A stretch of DNA of 64,000 nucleotides, taken from IMG/VR virus record IMGVR_UViG_3300030044_000011; one strand, given 5' to 3'. Shown here one piece after another: positions 47,947 through 57,286 of this stretch; position 1 is the first letter of the stretch, and every line of letters begins with the position of its first letter. The translations under genes were made by a program, and so were the position numbers. The notes beneath the pieces were generated by a model. It made no database searches. It was not told where the DNA came from and worked only from the letters and a program-made list of their open reading frames with translations. This stretch comes from a virus.

Positions 47947-50196
47947 TTAAACCAGTTCGCAAAACCCACCGGCACAGGCCAACGTCTCCTGAAGCTTGGT
48001 GTTGTCTTCCTCTTCGATGAGTTCCTTGTAGTCCACATCGACATACTCACGTTGAAGGTCACACCAATACTTCCAGTTGTGAACCTCCTTCAGGCAGTAG
48101 GTCATCTGCTTCCTGTCTCCCTCGAAATAGCGGTCAGCAAACTGACGAGCCCGACGAACCCAATCAGCTTTAGCCAAGCATTCCAGATAAGCCCTGCGGT
48201 CTTCGATAGTTTCGAAGTCAACATTCTCATCTGAAGTGGTAGCGATAGAATCACAATCCAAGGTGTTGACACCAGTAACGTAGTCACAAGCCAACCACAA
48301 GTTATCGTCAAACCGGGCAAGACCATCCACGATTAACCCTGATGCCATCAAAGAGCCGTCACCATACATCTTCACAATCTCAGCCGGGGTGTGAATAGCC
48401 ACAAACGGAGCTTGTGGATAGTCAAGGTCTCCTGTGTTAGATAACAATGAAATACCAGCGAAATCCTCGCGGTGTCCATAGATGTATGCTTCCACCTCAT
48501 CCCACTCGTTCGGCTTCACGTTGATCGTATTCGAAACGTTATGCCTCAAAAATGATTGAGCGCAGAGTTCATGATTACGCCCTGCGGCGACCCAGTTGTT
48601 TTGCGTCAAACTGACAAGCTCCAGTAACTTAAGCGCGGTTACATCCTTCTTCGTTCTTGCCCCCTCAGGGACTTCAATACAAAAGGAAATAATCTCGTCG
48701 GTACCATTTTTACTCCAGACACTTTTCTCAACCGCACGTGGGTTCCTCTGTTGAAAGAACTGAAGTGGGGCTTCAAGCATGTTGGCCTGTACACGACGGA
48801 TATAACGCTTCGAGTGGTGAGCGTGAATACCTGAAGAAGTCCCAAGGATGCAGGACGTGGTCCCGGCTGGCTTAACACATGTGCAACGGGCGGCTTGACG
48901 AATACCAATTTTGGCGGCTATCTCCTTGTTGACTGCGACCACAAGTGCTGCCATCTCCCGTTGAATCTCTGGATCAAACAAAACCTCAGGACTGTCCATC
49001 ATCCCTGTGATGGAAACACCTAGAAGAGCCTCACGACGCACAATATTCTCGGTGGTCACCCCAAGATATGAGAAGTCTGTGTAACCGGCCTGTGCAGTAC
49101 CTATAATGGCAGCAGCACGAGCAGCAATAGCAAAGTCTTCCTTCGTCTTGCACTTCTTACCGTTAATCTCGCAAAGGTTGCAAAATGCCCACCCCGACAG
49201 GCCAGTGGTAAGGTCAACTGGAAACATCCCAATCTCACCACACGGGTTGTACATTATCTCGGTGGAGTCCGACCAGACAAATCCCGGTTCACCAAACTGA
49301 CGTACCGACTCCATCAAATCATGAAAACTCTCCGGATTAGTAACACCTCGAACGAGCACGACTGAGTTGTTCGACCGACCACGCTGGGGGTTGGTGTAGT
49401 ACCAATCTCCTGTTTTGGCCTTAATCATCAAATCATCGTTGGGTGAAAACAAACAGATGGTGGCAGAGCGACGAACCCCGCCGCTGAGCACAGCATCACT
49501 GGCGTGCATCATGATGTCATAAGCATCAATCGAACGAAGACGAGTCTGACCACTTGCTACACAGCGGTCAAGCAGTTCCCGAATAGCTTCAAGAGATTTC
49601 ATCAACGGTTCGGAGCCGGGAGCCTTACCTACACCTGAGGATAGTTTCGAACCCTTTGAACGAATAAGGTCGAAGTTGAATTTCACTTCAAACCCCGCCC
49701 AGTCAGGAGAATCAGGATGAGGATGGTATGTGGCTAAGAGCACACCCAGAGCATCAGCCCAACCCTCAATGGAGTCAGGAATAACAAACTCACGAATAGG
49801 ACGATTTACAAGGTTGGAATGGAAGTCAGGAAGTTTAGCGATATGGTGTTGCTGAACAGAGAAACCCACACCGGCTCCACAGAGAAGCAACCAAAAACCT
49901 TCTTGAAAAAACCGAAGCCGGTCACAATAAGAAACGGTGCAGTTATACACACGGGCGTGTTTACTGAGGGCTGGTGCTCCGGCGTATTGAAGTGCTCGTT
50001 GACTCCCAAGTACACGCTTTGCCTTGGATTGTTCAAAAGCCCAAGTTAGTTCATCAGTGATTTGGGGGTAGCGGGATAGGTGCATTTCTAGCACCCGGTC
50101 GATGGCTTCATTCCATGTATCTCTACGCTTCAAGTCAGAGTTGTAACGAGCGTATTTGGAATGAAAAGTGTAAGACTGAAGAGCCTTGATAGACAT
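47947..50196 (-). CDS. nrdJ: class II (B12-dependent) ribonucleotide reductase
   Basis: YNC, GGVRRSA, NPCGEI, CNLCE, TCVKPAGT, C-terminal CAGGFCEL. Confidence 0.9.
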   Translation of the reverse strand: MSIKALQSYTFHSKYARYNSDLKRRDTWNEAIDRVLEMHLSRYPQITDELTWAFEQSKAKRVLGSQRALQYAGAPALSKHARVYNCTVSYCDRLRFFQEGFWLLLCGAGVGFSVQQHHIAKLPDFHSNLVNRPIREFVIPDSIEGWADALGVLLATYHPHPDSPDWAGFEVKFNFDLIRSKGSKLSSGVGKAPGSEPLMKSLEAIRELLDRCVASGQTRLRSIDAYDIMMHASDAVLSGGVRRSATICLFSPNDDLMIKAKTGDWYYTNPQRGRSNNSVVLVRGVTNPESFHDLMESVRQFGEPGFVWSDSTEIMYNPCGEIGMFPVDLTTGLSGWAFCNLCEINGKKCKTKEDFAIAARAAAIIGTAQAGYTDFSYLGVTTENIVRREALLGVSITGMMDSPEVLFDPEIQREMAALVVAVNKEIAAKIGIRQAARCTCVKPAGTTSCILGTSSGIHAHHSKRYIRRVQANMLEAPLQFFQQRNPRAVEKSVWSKNGTDEIISFCIEVPEGARTKKDVTALKLLELVSLTQNNWVAAGRNHELCAQSFLRHNVSNTINVKPNEWDEVEAYIYGHREDFAGISLLSNTGDLDYPQAPFVAIHTPAEIVKMYGDGSLMASGLIVDGLARFDDNLWLACDYVTGVNTLDCDSIATTSDENVDFETIEDRRAYLECLAKADWVRRARQFADRYFEGDRKQMTYCLKEVHNWKYWCDLQREYVDVDYKELIEEEDNTKLQETLACAGGFCELV

Positions 50197-50416
50197 AGGT
50201 ATGCGATGATTTCCTTAAAGGTTGAATGTCGGATTGTTTACCGCGACGTGGTGCGTAATTAGGGTTTGGAATTGAAGGACTCCACTTACTGGCGATTTCC
50301 TCTCATTATCCGATTTCGCAGTAAGACTGGAGTTTTGTACTCTATGCTTCACGGCTTAAATGGCTACTTTTCTCAATACCACTGATGTTTCTATTTTGTA
50401 TAGAAAATCGAGGGTC

Positions 50417-51424
50417 TTACTCGATAGCTTTACAGTTGATACCCACACAGTTGTCCACAATTCGACGCCACACTGGCTCCCCCGTATTGTTGATAGCTTG
50501 GTTGTCGGTTTTGCACAGCCACGCTTGAAAACTTTCCTTGCTGCGGTGGTTGGTAGTTATTACAATTTGACCCTCAGTTTCATCAATTGCACAAATCAAC
50601 TCAAACAGCTTGTTGGCTTTGAACTCTGTCAACCGGGATTTATCAATTTCCTCAATGACAACGCAAGAAGTTCGACCGAGTTGCTTGTTTTTCCGAATAC
50701 GGTTGGGTGAAAGAGTGGGGGCATCTGCATCATCAGGGTGGTTCTGATAATCCAGCAGTGATTGAATGTATGTATCCCAGTTGATGTAATGAATCCAGAA
50801 TGAATCAACATAAGTGTTGAACCCATACCTATCTTCGAGATGGTCATTCCAAGTGCGCTCCAATGCACTTCTAACCAAGGCGGTAGCGTAGGTAGTCTTT
50901 CCCGTGCCGGGAGCACCATAGAAAAAGTAACCCTTGTTCTGGTTGTCCCTCAAAAAGCGAATGATCCTCACTTGACGTTCTCTACTCATTTTGGAGTTGG
51001 AAGATGGCAGCAGTGATAACACGTTGGATTGCTGATACCGGCTAGGCAGAAGCCGTTTCAGGTAGTCTCTCTTCTCCTTCATCTTGACTTCGATAGGGCA
51101 GGGTTTATTTACAGTTTGGCGTCTTCCCGTGTCTTCTCCACCTTCAATCCATGTCTGAACCACAGGTATTTTACCCGTCCCTTTACAAAGGAAACACGGT
51201 TCTATGCCGAACATGATAGCATCGTAAGTTTTAGCAGAGATAGGATTATCAGGGTGATAAGGGCTCTCTACAGTGCGCCAGTAGGGGGCAGGAGGGTTGG
51301 GCTTGAAAGTACCCTGCTCCATCTCTTCGCGGATGCGTTCCAGTTCATCCTCGGCGTCTATCTTATCCTCTCGAAAAACATCTTCAAAATCGAGACCCTC
51401 ATGGGGCTTAACTTCTTCAGTCAT
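50417..51424 (-). CDS. DnaC/IstB-like ATPase (helicase loader)
   Basis: GAPGTGKT, VIEEID, ITTN, WRRI. Confidence 0.8.
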   Translation of the reverse strand: MTEEVKPHEGLDFEDVFREDKIDAEDELERIREEMEQGTFKPNPPAPYWRTVESPYHPDNPISAKTYDAIMFGIEPCFLCKGTGKIPVVQTWIEGGEDTGRRQTVNKPCPIEVKMKEKRDYLKRLLPSRYQQSNVLSLLPSSNSKMSRERQVRIIRFLRDNQNKGYFFYGAPGTGKTTYATALVRSALERTWNDHLEDRYGFNTYVDSFWIHYINWDTYIQSLLDYQNHPDDADAPTLSPNRIRKNKQLGRTSCVVIEEIDKSRLTEFKANKLFELICAIDETEGQIVITTNHRSKESFQAWLCKTDNQAINNTGEPVWRRIVDNCVGINCKAIE

Positions 51425-51426
51425 GA

Positions 51427-51987
51427 CTAACCTTCCACCCTTTTTAATACCGCAGCGGCCTCAACATCTGAGGTAAATATGAAAAACTCGCAATCCCAAA
51501 CAACTCCGGTGGATGCATGAAAGTAAGCCCCAAAATCAGCATAAGCACACAACCCTTTTTCGAAAAGAGAAGACACTCGGGCCTGACACGCCTTGTAATC
51601 AGCAGAGCCCACCATAAAACCATCGGCCTTTGTGTTACACCAGACATTAGCCGGGATGGACGAAACCCTTGTGTGTTTTTTGCCTTTCTGGTTAACCCTC
51701 CAAACTTTAATGAGACCAGAGGCGTGCTTAACTAAGGTCACCATCGGGTCATTGGCTTTCGCCAGATAATCCACGGAGGAGAATTTAGGATTATCGGAGG
51801 TGTTCTCCGTTACAGCCCACGTCATGAACTCTTTGAGTTCAGTAGGAGTGAGGCTGTGCTCTTTAAGTAAAGGGCGGATATATTTCACCCAAGGCATTAG
51901 GTTTGTTACTCCCATTAGTTGCTTGAAGTGAACAACACAGTCGGTAGCTTCCGGGTCTTTAGGCAAGTTCGTCATCTTCTTCCTCAA
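51427..51987 (-). CDS. hypothetical replication protein
   Basis: Located between initiator-like and loader genes. Confidence 0.55.
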   Translation of the reverse strand: MRKKMTNLPKDPEATDCVVHFKQLMGVTNLMPWVKYIRPLLKEHSLTPTELKEFMTWAVTENTSDNPKFSSVDYLAKANDPMVTLVKHASGLIKVWRVNQKGKKHTRVSSIPANVWCNTKADGFMVGSADYKACQARVSSLFEKGLCAYADFGAYFHASTGVVWDCEFFIFTSDVEAAAVLKRVEG

Positions 51988-52516
51988 TACTCAAATTACC
52001 TACCCTTTCCTGCTCAGTTTCGGTGAAGTTAGAATGTGATTCTAACTGTATATGTGACTGTGTATGTGTATGTATATGTGAAGGCATGGCTGGAGCATAT
52101 GCTTGGACGATGCTCGTAGCAATGCTTGGAGCATCACCTGTAGCATCCTTACCCCATCTTGCTTTAGCGGCGTTTGATGCCTTCTCCGACGCCTTCTTAG
52201 AGCGTACCTTCTCCTTATCCACTCGCTTCTGATGCCACATACCCTCCCCATCTTGTTGAAAATACTCATCAAGAATTGCACCAACCACTTTTTCGGCTCT
52301 ATCATTCCACAGTTTAGCAATCCTAATCAGGGTTGAAATGTTGTTGGGTAAGCATCCTCTTTTCCAGCAGTGGAGCATAAGCAGTAGGTATGCTCCACTG
52401 CTCTCCGCATCAAGGTGCATTGTGTCGGCCAGAAAATCGCCAATGTAAAACGGCATCCAGAAGTCTGCTGACTTATGCTCAGTAGCATCCGATTCGTTGG
52501 TAGTTTTCTTGCTCAT
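51959..52516 (-). CDS. DUF1376/YdaU family replication initiator-like protein
   Basis: WMPFYIGDFLADTMHL..GAYLLLM..W..G.LP. Confidence 0.88.
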   Translation of the reverse strand: MSKKTTNESDATEHKSADFWMPFYIGDFLADTMHLDAESSGAYLLLMLHCWKRGCLPNNISTLIRIAKLWNDRAEKVVGAILDEYFQQDGEGMWHQKRVDKEKVRSKKASEKASNAAKARWGKDATGDAPSIATSIVQAYAPAMPSHIHTHTQSHIQLESHSNFTETEQERVGNLSIEEEDDELA

Positions 52517-54057
52517 ATTCCAAGCTCTTCCTCAGTGAAATTCCCGAGTGTCTCGGGGGATTTATTGTCGCCAACCTGTTTAGTAACTCCGTCCTTCATA
52601 TATTCAAACGCCCCGCTATTTGGGTTGAGCATCATTTTGATTGTGGGGGCGCGACGACCCTTACGTTGCTTAATCTGTTGAATTTCAATCTGGTCCCCCA
52701 TTTTCATGTCGTCATCCGACCAGACAGAAAGACACAGGTCAAGATCATGTTGGAACTCAGAGACGGTAGAGATGGCATTCAAATCGTAACGAGCCTCCCC
52801 TTCCTCAGCCTTCTGAGCCTTCTTGTTGCCTTCACGGTTGACTTGAATAGGGGTAAGTACAACGAGCCCTTTGTTGCTATCAAACGAACGGGTAAGTCCT
52901 TGTACATCATGCACAAGCTTCTTTTGTGCTTGTTCACGGAATCGAGCATCACCCGGAGTATCCAAACGACCTATATAGTCAATGATGAGGATGTCATACT
53001 GGTTAGCTTTGTGGTTTTGATTGAGATGGTCAACAATACTATCCCAGTCGCGGAACTGCTGACAATCGAGGAGTCCCGGTAAATTCTTCCGAGTCTCAAT
53101 GTCTTTCAATATCCGACTCAGGTTGGCTAAGTCTTGCGGTGTAATTTTGCTTTTTTCTCCATCCCAGTCATTTAGGGGTGGTAACTCAAAGTCATAATCA
53201 GGATGCGATTGGTGAAGGAACGCCATGAACTCCCAAATTTCTTGGGGGTTATGCTCTGTCGAGCAGTAAAGAATGTGCGCTCCCTGCTTGAGCCAGTTGT
53301 AGCAGATGAAGTTTGTCAGTGTGGTTTTACCATCACCTGACATACCCAATGCGGCAAGGAACCTCAAATTCTGCTTGCCTACCTTAACGCACTCATCTAT
53401 ATGTGGGAGGCCAATAGGGAATCGGTCACCTTTATTTTCCTTCAGCCGGTCAACCACTCCCTCGCGAATAGTTTGTGTCTTCTCATGGAGAATACCTGCG
53501 GGTGCGGGTATCTCAGGGGTGAAGTCTTGGGCAAGCTGTCCACGCAGCCATGAGATGGCAGCATCTGGTCCTGACTCTTTTAACTTGTCAGGGGTCTCAT
53601 TACCATTGGCAATCCCACCAGCCACTTTACATTGATTTGCAATCCATCTTTTTCGGGCGGTTGCAAGTAAGGTATCAAACAATAGGTTATTATCCAGAGT
53701 AAGGTCTTCACTCTCTGACGTATATTCGGCCAACTGGGTTATGTTATCGTTGAGCCCCTCAATTTGTTTGAACTCTTTTATCTGGTCTGTGTTGTGGGTT
53801 ACGTAATAGAGTAGAGCGCCTACACTTCCCGGAGAACGTTGCCGCTTCTGATAGTGTAGTATAACTGCTCGAAATGTAGGAAGGTTTACAGTCTCATCCC
53901 TATCACCATCTACCCAACGTCGGGCTATCCATAGAAAGGCCGACTTATTTTGCAGGTAAAAGGAGTATAGGTCTTTGGTGCAGAGACGATACACCATCTC
54001 AGTGAGGTAGGCTGGCATTGTTAATCCCCATTCATAGTCTCTCTTCCCCATCTTCAT
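52513..54057 (-). CDS. DnaB-like replicative helicase
   Basis: GMSGDGKTT, STE, IIDYI, QVNR, KQRKG. Confidence 0.85.
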   Translation of the reverse strand: MKMGKRDYEWGLTMPAYLTEMVYRLCTKDLYSFYLQNKSAFLWIARRWVDGDRDETVNLPTFRAVILHYQKRQRSPGSVGALLYYVTHNTDQIKEFKQIEGLNDNITQLAEYTSESEDLTLDNNLLFDTLLATARKRWIANQCKVAGGIANGNETPDKLKESGPDAAISWLRGQLAQDFTPEIPAPAGILHEKTQTIREGVVDRLKENKGDRFPIGLPHIDECVKVGKQNLRFLAALGMSGDGKTTLTNFICYNWLKQGAHILYCSTEHNPQEIWEFMAFLHQSHPDYDFELPPLNDWDGEKSKITPQDLANLSRILKDIETRKNLPGLLDCQQFRDWDSIVDHLNQNHKANQYDILIIDYIGRLDTPGDARFREQAQKKLVHDVQGLTRSFDSNKGLVVLTPIQVNREGNKKAQKAEEGEARYDLNAISTVSEFQHDLDLCLSVWSDDDMKMGDQIEIQQIKQRKGRRAPTIKMMLNPNSGAFEYMKDGVTKQVGDNKSPETLGNFTEEELGI

Positions 54058-54196
54058 TGAAAAGAGAGGTAGGCAGTGATGGGGTAGCTGCCTACCATAG
54101 TGTTACGTCGGGGTGTACGTGCCCGAATAACCCTTAATACTCGGTTCGTGCGGTGACAGCGATTTTAGAGAAAGCGGCTTTTCGTTCATTCGATGT

Positions 54197-54700
54197 ATGG
54201 AACAGTTAGAACAGGTTGAAGTTAAGCTTCTAAACTATACCTTTCAGTTCAAAAAAATGAGATGGCGTGAGCACGCCGCCATTAAGTTTGAGAAGGGTAA
54301 AGACCCCCAGCGAATTCTGTTGGCTCACGCTTTGTTGACGGTCTCCGGGATTAAGCCTAGTTTTGAAGAAGCTATGCGTGTGATGGCAGCAATCCCGGCT
54401 CCTTACGTGGACCGAGTGTTCAAGGTTTGGCGGAGCTCTTTCCCTCCGGCCCGGAAGTTTACTACATCCATGTTGTATTGTGCCCCGGAGCCTGTTCAAT
54501 ATAGTAAACAGGTTGAATTGGATGAGGGTGAAGAGGATGTGGTTCATGATAGGTCGATGCAAGAGATGGAGTCTAAGTTTGGGTCTCAGGAGTTAGCTGA
54601 GACCCGTGAGTTAGAACAGAGAATCCTACTCGCCGCCCAACGTAAAGAGGGTGGTTACCGTGGGGCAGTTAGAGCCACCGAGGATAAGAATGGTAAGTAA
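54197..54700 (+). CDS. hypothetical protein of the tail module
   Basis: 167-aa ORF, start of the plus-strand block. Confidence 0.7.
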   Translation: MEQLEQVEVKLLNYTFQFKKMRWREHAAIKFEKGKDPQRILLAHALLTVSGIKPSFEEAMRVMAAIPAPYVDRVFKVWRSSFPPARKFTTSMLYCAPEPVQYSKQVELDEGEEDVVHDRSMQEMESKFGSQELAETRELEQRILLAAQRKEGGYRGAVRATEDKNGK

Positions 54701-55790
54701 AAACCAACTCAGGAATGCAGCTAAGCAAAACCCCAACATCCCATCGGGTGTAGACCTGATGCGGAAAATCAATGAGGGGGTGTCTCAGAAGACTCCTAGT
54801 GAATACATCCAGACCGTCCGCACCTCTATTGTTGATAACTGTGATGAGCTTCTTGAGGTAGGAGCCCGTATCCGGCCTATGTTGGTTGAAGGTAAGCAGA
54901 TTGGGTGGGTAAGAGGTATTCATCATACAGAACGTCGTAGGTTGTCCCGATGGTTGTTCGATTCAAACGAGTATCTCGTGACAGTTCTTACTCTGGCTAC
55001 AACTCTTACTCGACCAGAGATAGAGGATTTAAGCCCATTGGAGTTCCGCAATCTGATTATGTTAGTTCAGAAAATGTCTGATTACGACATTTCTCTTTTC
55101 CCCTATATATCAGCGTTCACCAGTACATTTGTCTCCGAGAACCTGTGGCATGGTCAAGGAACACGTCTTACATCGTTTGAGAATCGAGTTATTGACCTCC
55201 CTGATGGGAACACTATGAAGATTCTAGTGCCTTCGGATCACGCTCGACTGTGGGCTTCTTTGTGTGTCTACCGGGAGCAAGCAAAGGTGCGATTGGATGC
55301 AAGCTGGAACGCCGTCTTGCAGGTTCGTCCTATGGCAGGAAAGAGTGTAGACCCCTTGGCGGCAGAGTTGAAAAAGACATCCCGGCAGCTTGCCGCGAAT
55401 AGTATGGAACCATGGGAGAGCCTTGTCAAATCCCACGAGGCTACTGACCTCGATGATGGCTGGGCTCACGCGGAAAACTTGGAGACCCGTGAAGGTATGC
55501 TCAAGGAACTCCATGGTATGTTGGCGAACGACCGTCATGAGCAGCTTATGGCGAAGTTCGAGAAGCAGCAAATTGACGCAGCCGAGGAGCGTAGGAAGGC
55601 GATTGAAGCCATGTCTCGTCGTCGCGGTGGTCCGGGTATCAATGAAGAGACCATCCGGGTGGAGACAGATGCTGATGTACGTCAAAGGGAGAAAGACCTT
55701 AAAAAAGGTAGAATGGCTCCGGCTCCAATTGACCGCAGTAAGACGGAGACCACACCCAATCCGGTGGAGAGAATAAAGCGGTATCAGTGA
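54690..55790 (+). CDS. hypothetical protein of the tail module
   Basis: 366-aa ORF overlapping the previous gene. Confidence 0.75.
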   Translation: MVSKNQLRNAAKQNPNIPSGVDLMRKINEGVSQKTPSEYIQTVRTSIVDNCDELLEVGARIRPMLVEGKQIGWVRGIHHTERRRLSRWLFDSNEYLVTVLTLATTLTRPEIEDLSPLEFRNLIMLVQKMSDYDISLFPYISAFTSTFVSENLWHGQGTRLTSFENRVIDLPDGNTMKILVPSDHARLWASLCVYREQAKVRLDASWNAVLQVRPMAGKSVDPLAAELKKTSRQLAANSMEPWESLVKSHEATDLDDGWAHAENLETREGMLKELHGMLANDRHEQLMAKFEKQQIDAAEERRKAIEAMSRRRGGPGINEETIRVETDADVRQREKDLKKGRMAPAPIDRSKTETTPNPVERIKRYQ

Positions 55791-56002
55791 TTTTTATTTT
55801 AAGGACTTGAGGAACCTCAAGGTAGAGGAGTGATTTATGAAAATCAACACCACACGTTCGGTATCAAATGGCTTCGAGTTAGACCGGGACGACTCGATTC
55901 CCGGCCTACTCAAAGAACTTGATGCCTTCATTCATAATCCCGACGAGCATGAGCGGGTTATGGCCGCATTTGACCAACAACACTGCAAAAAGTACAGCGA
56001 GA

Positions 56003-56581
56003 CTACAACCGCGACGGCCAAGGTCGAGGCCATTTGAGGTAATCATGACCATAACGTTCAATCATATAACCCCTCACGTCTCTATCCATCGTGTCATATT
56101 GATGGGTACAAACTTCAAGATTTGCTTGGTTGAATTGCTCTTGAATGCTTAATCGTTTTGGCTTGGGTTCCTTCGGTGGGTCAAATAAACGATGGCGGAT
56201 ATACCGTTGCAGGATGCCGACGATGAGGAAGGCGAAGAGCAGGGAGACATCCCCTTCCTTAGACATGTTCTTTATGATGAAATCGCCTTCGGCTGCGGCA
56301 ATCACAATGGATATAATCCCACCGAAAACGGTGTACAAGGGAGCATAAAAGAAGGTGAAAATCGCGAGGACCGTAAAAGTCGGAACGAGGATTGAGGCCA
56401 GTGACAAGGGCTCCCCATTGCACAACTGGATTATTGGGTAGATAAGACCGAGGGTGACAACGAGGACAAGAAAAAGGACACCCTTAACACCATCAATAAC
56501 AAATTGAACAGGGGTCAACACCGTGTTCATGGTTTCGTAGTACGCATTTTGTGGGTTTTGGTTTTCCATGGACTCCTCCAC
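56003..56581 (-). CDS. membrane protein
   Basis: Several TM segments; has its own conserved promoter. Confidence 0.7.
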   Translation of the reverse strand: MEESMENQNPQNAYYETMNTVLTPVQFVIDGVKGVLFLVLVVTLGLIYPIIQLCNGEPLSLASILVPTFTVLAIFTFFYAPLYTVFGGIISIVIAAAEGDFIIKNMSKEGDVSLLFAFLIVGILQRYIRHRLFDPPKEPKPKRLSIQEQFNQANLEVCTHQYDTMDRDVRGYMIERYGHDYLKWPRPWPSRL

Positions 56582-56650
56582 TCACAGTATACCAACAACA
56601 CATAAGTTTTAGCTAGTTTTTAGGAACTATTTCATCTAATAGGAGCTTTT

Positions 56651-57283
56651 ATGGAAGACAACGTTTATGTATTACCCTCTGAGAAGATTGAGACCGCTGT
56701 TCCAACAGCCACTCCAACAGCCACTATACCAGTTAACAAACCCACTTCTATCGAAGATATTATCGCCGGTCTAAGGGGGTTTGGGGTTGAGGAAAATGAA
56801 GAGATTTTGACTTTTACCAGTCGGACAGGTAGAAACGTTAGGCTTCGCATCACTAATATGCCTACCGATGAAGAACTTAACGCTCTCGTATCCGCTGAAG
56901 AATTTAAGGGATACGCATGGGTTCAACGCATTCGAGTGGAAATACTCTCTCGTTCCATATCTTGGATTGATGGGGTAGATATTCGAAGCCTTCGGGAGCA
57001 AAAGGCGGCTATTACCGACGTAGATGGTGTTAAGCGTGATGTTCAAATAGTTCTCCGCAATGTCATCTTAGGTTGGGGGCAAGAACTGGTGCAGACTCTT
57101 TGGAAGATTGCCATGGTTCACTCTGACAAGATCGAAAAACGGTATCAGGCGGAATTCCCGGACTCTACCATTATGACTGAAGTTGAACGTCGATTTATGG
57201 AGACAGTGATGCGGGAGATTGAAGATACCAGCAAGGAAATAATTGAAGATTCAGTAAAACAAATGTTTGAAAAGGAAGAGTAA
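56651..57283 (+). CDS. putative tail assembly chaperone
   Basis: Acidic protein directly upstream of tape measure. Confidence 0.55.
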   Translation: MEDNVYVLPSEKIETAVPTATPTATIPVNKPTSIEDIIAGLRGFGVEENEEILTFTSRTGRNVRLRITNMPTDEELNALVSAEEFKGYAWVQRIRVEILSRSISWIDGVDIRSLREQKAAITDVDGVKRDVQIVLRNVILGWGQELVQTLWKIAMVHSDKIEKRYQAEFPDSTIMTEVERRFMETVMREIEDTSKEIIEDSVKQMFEKEE

Positions 57284-57286
57284 CTA

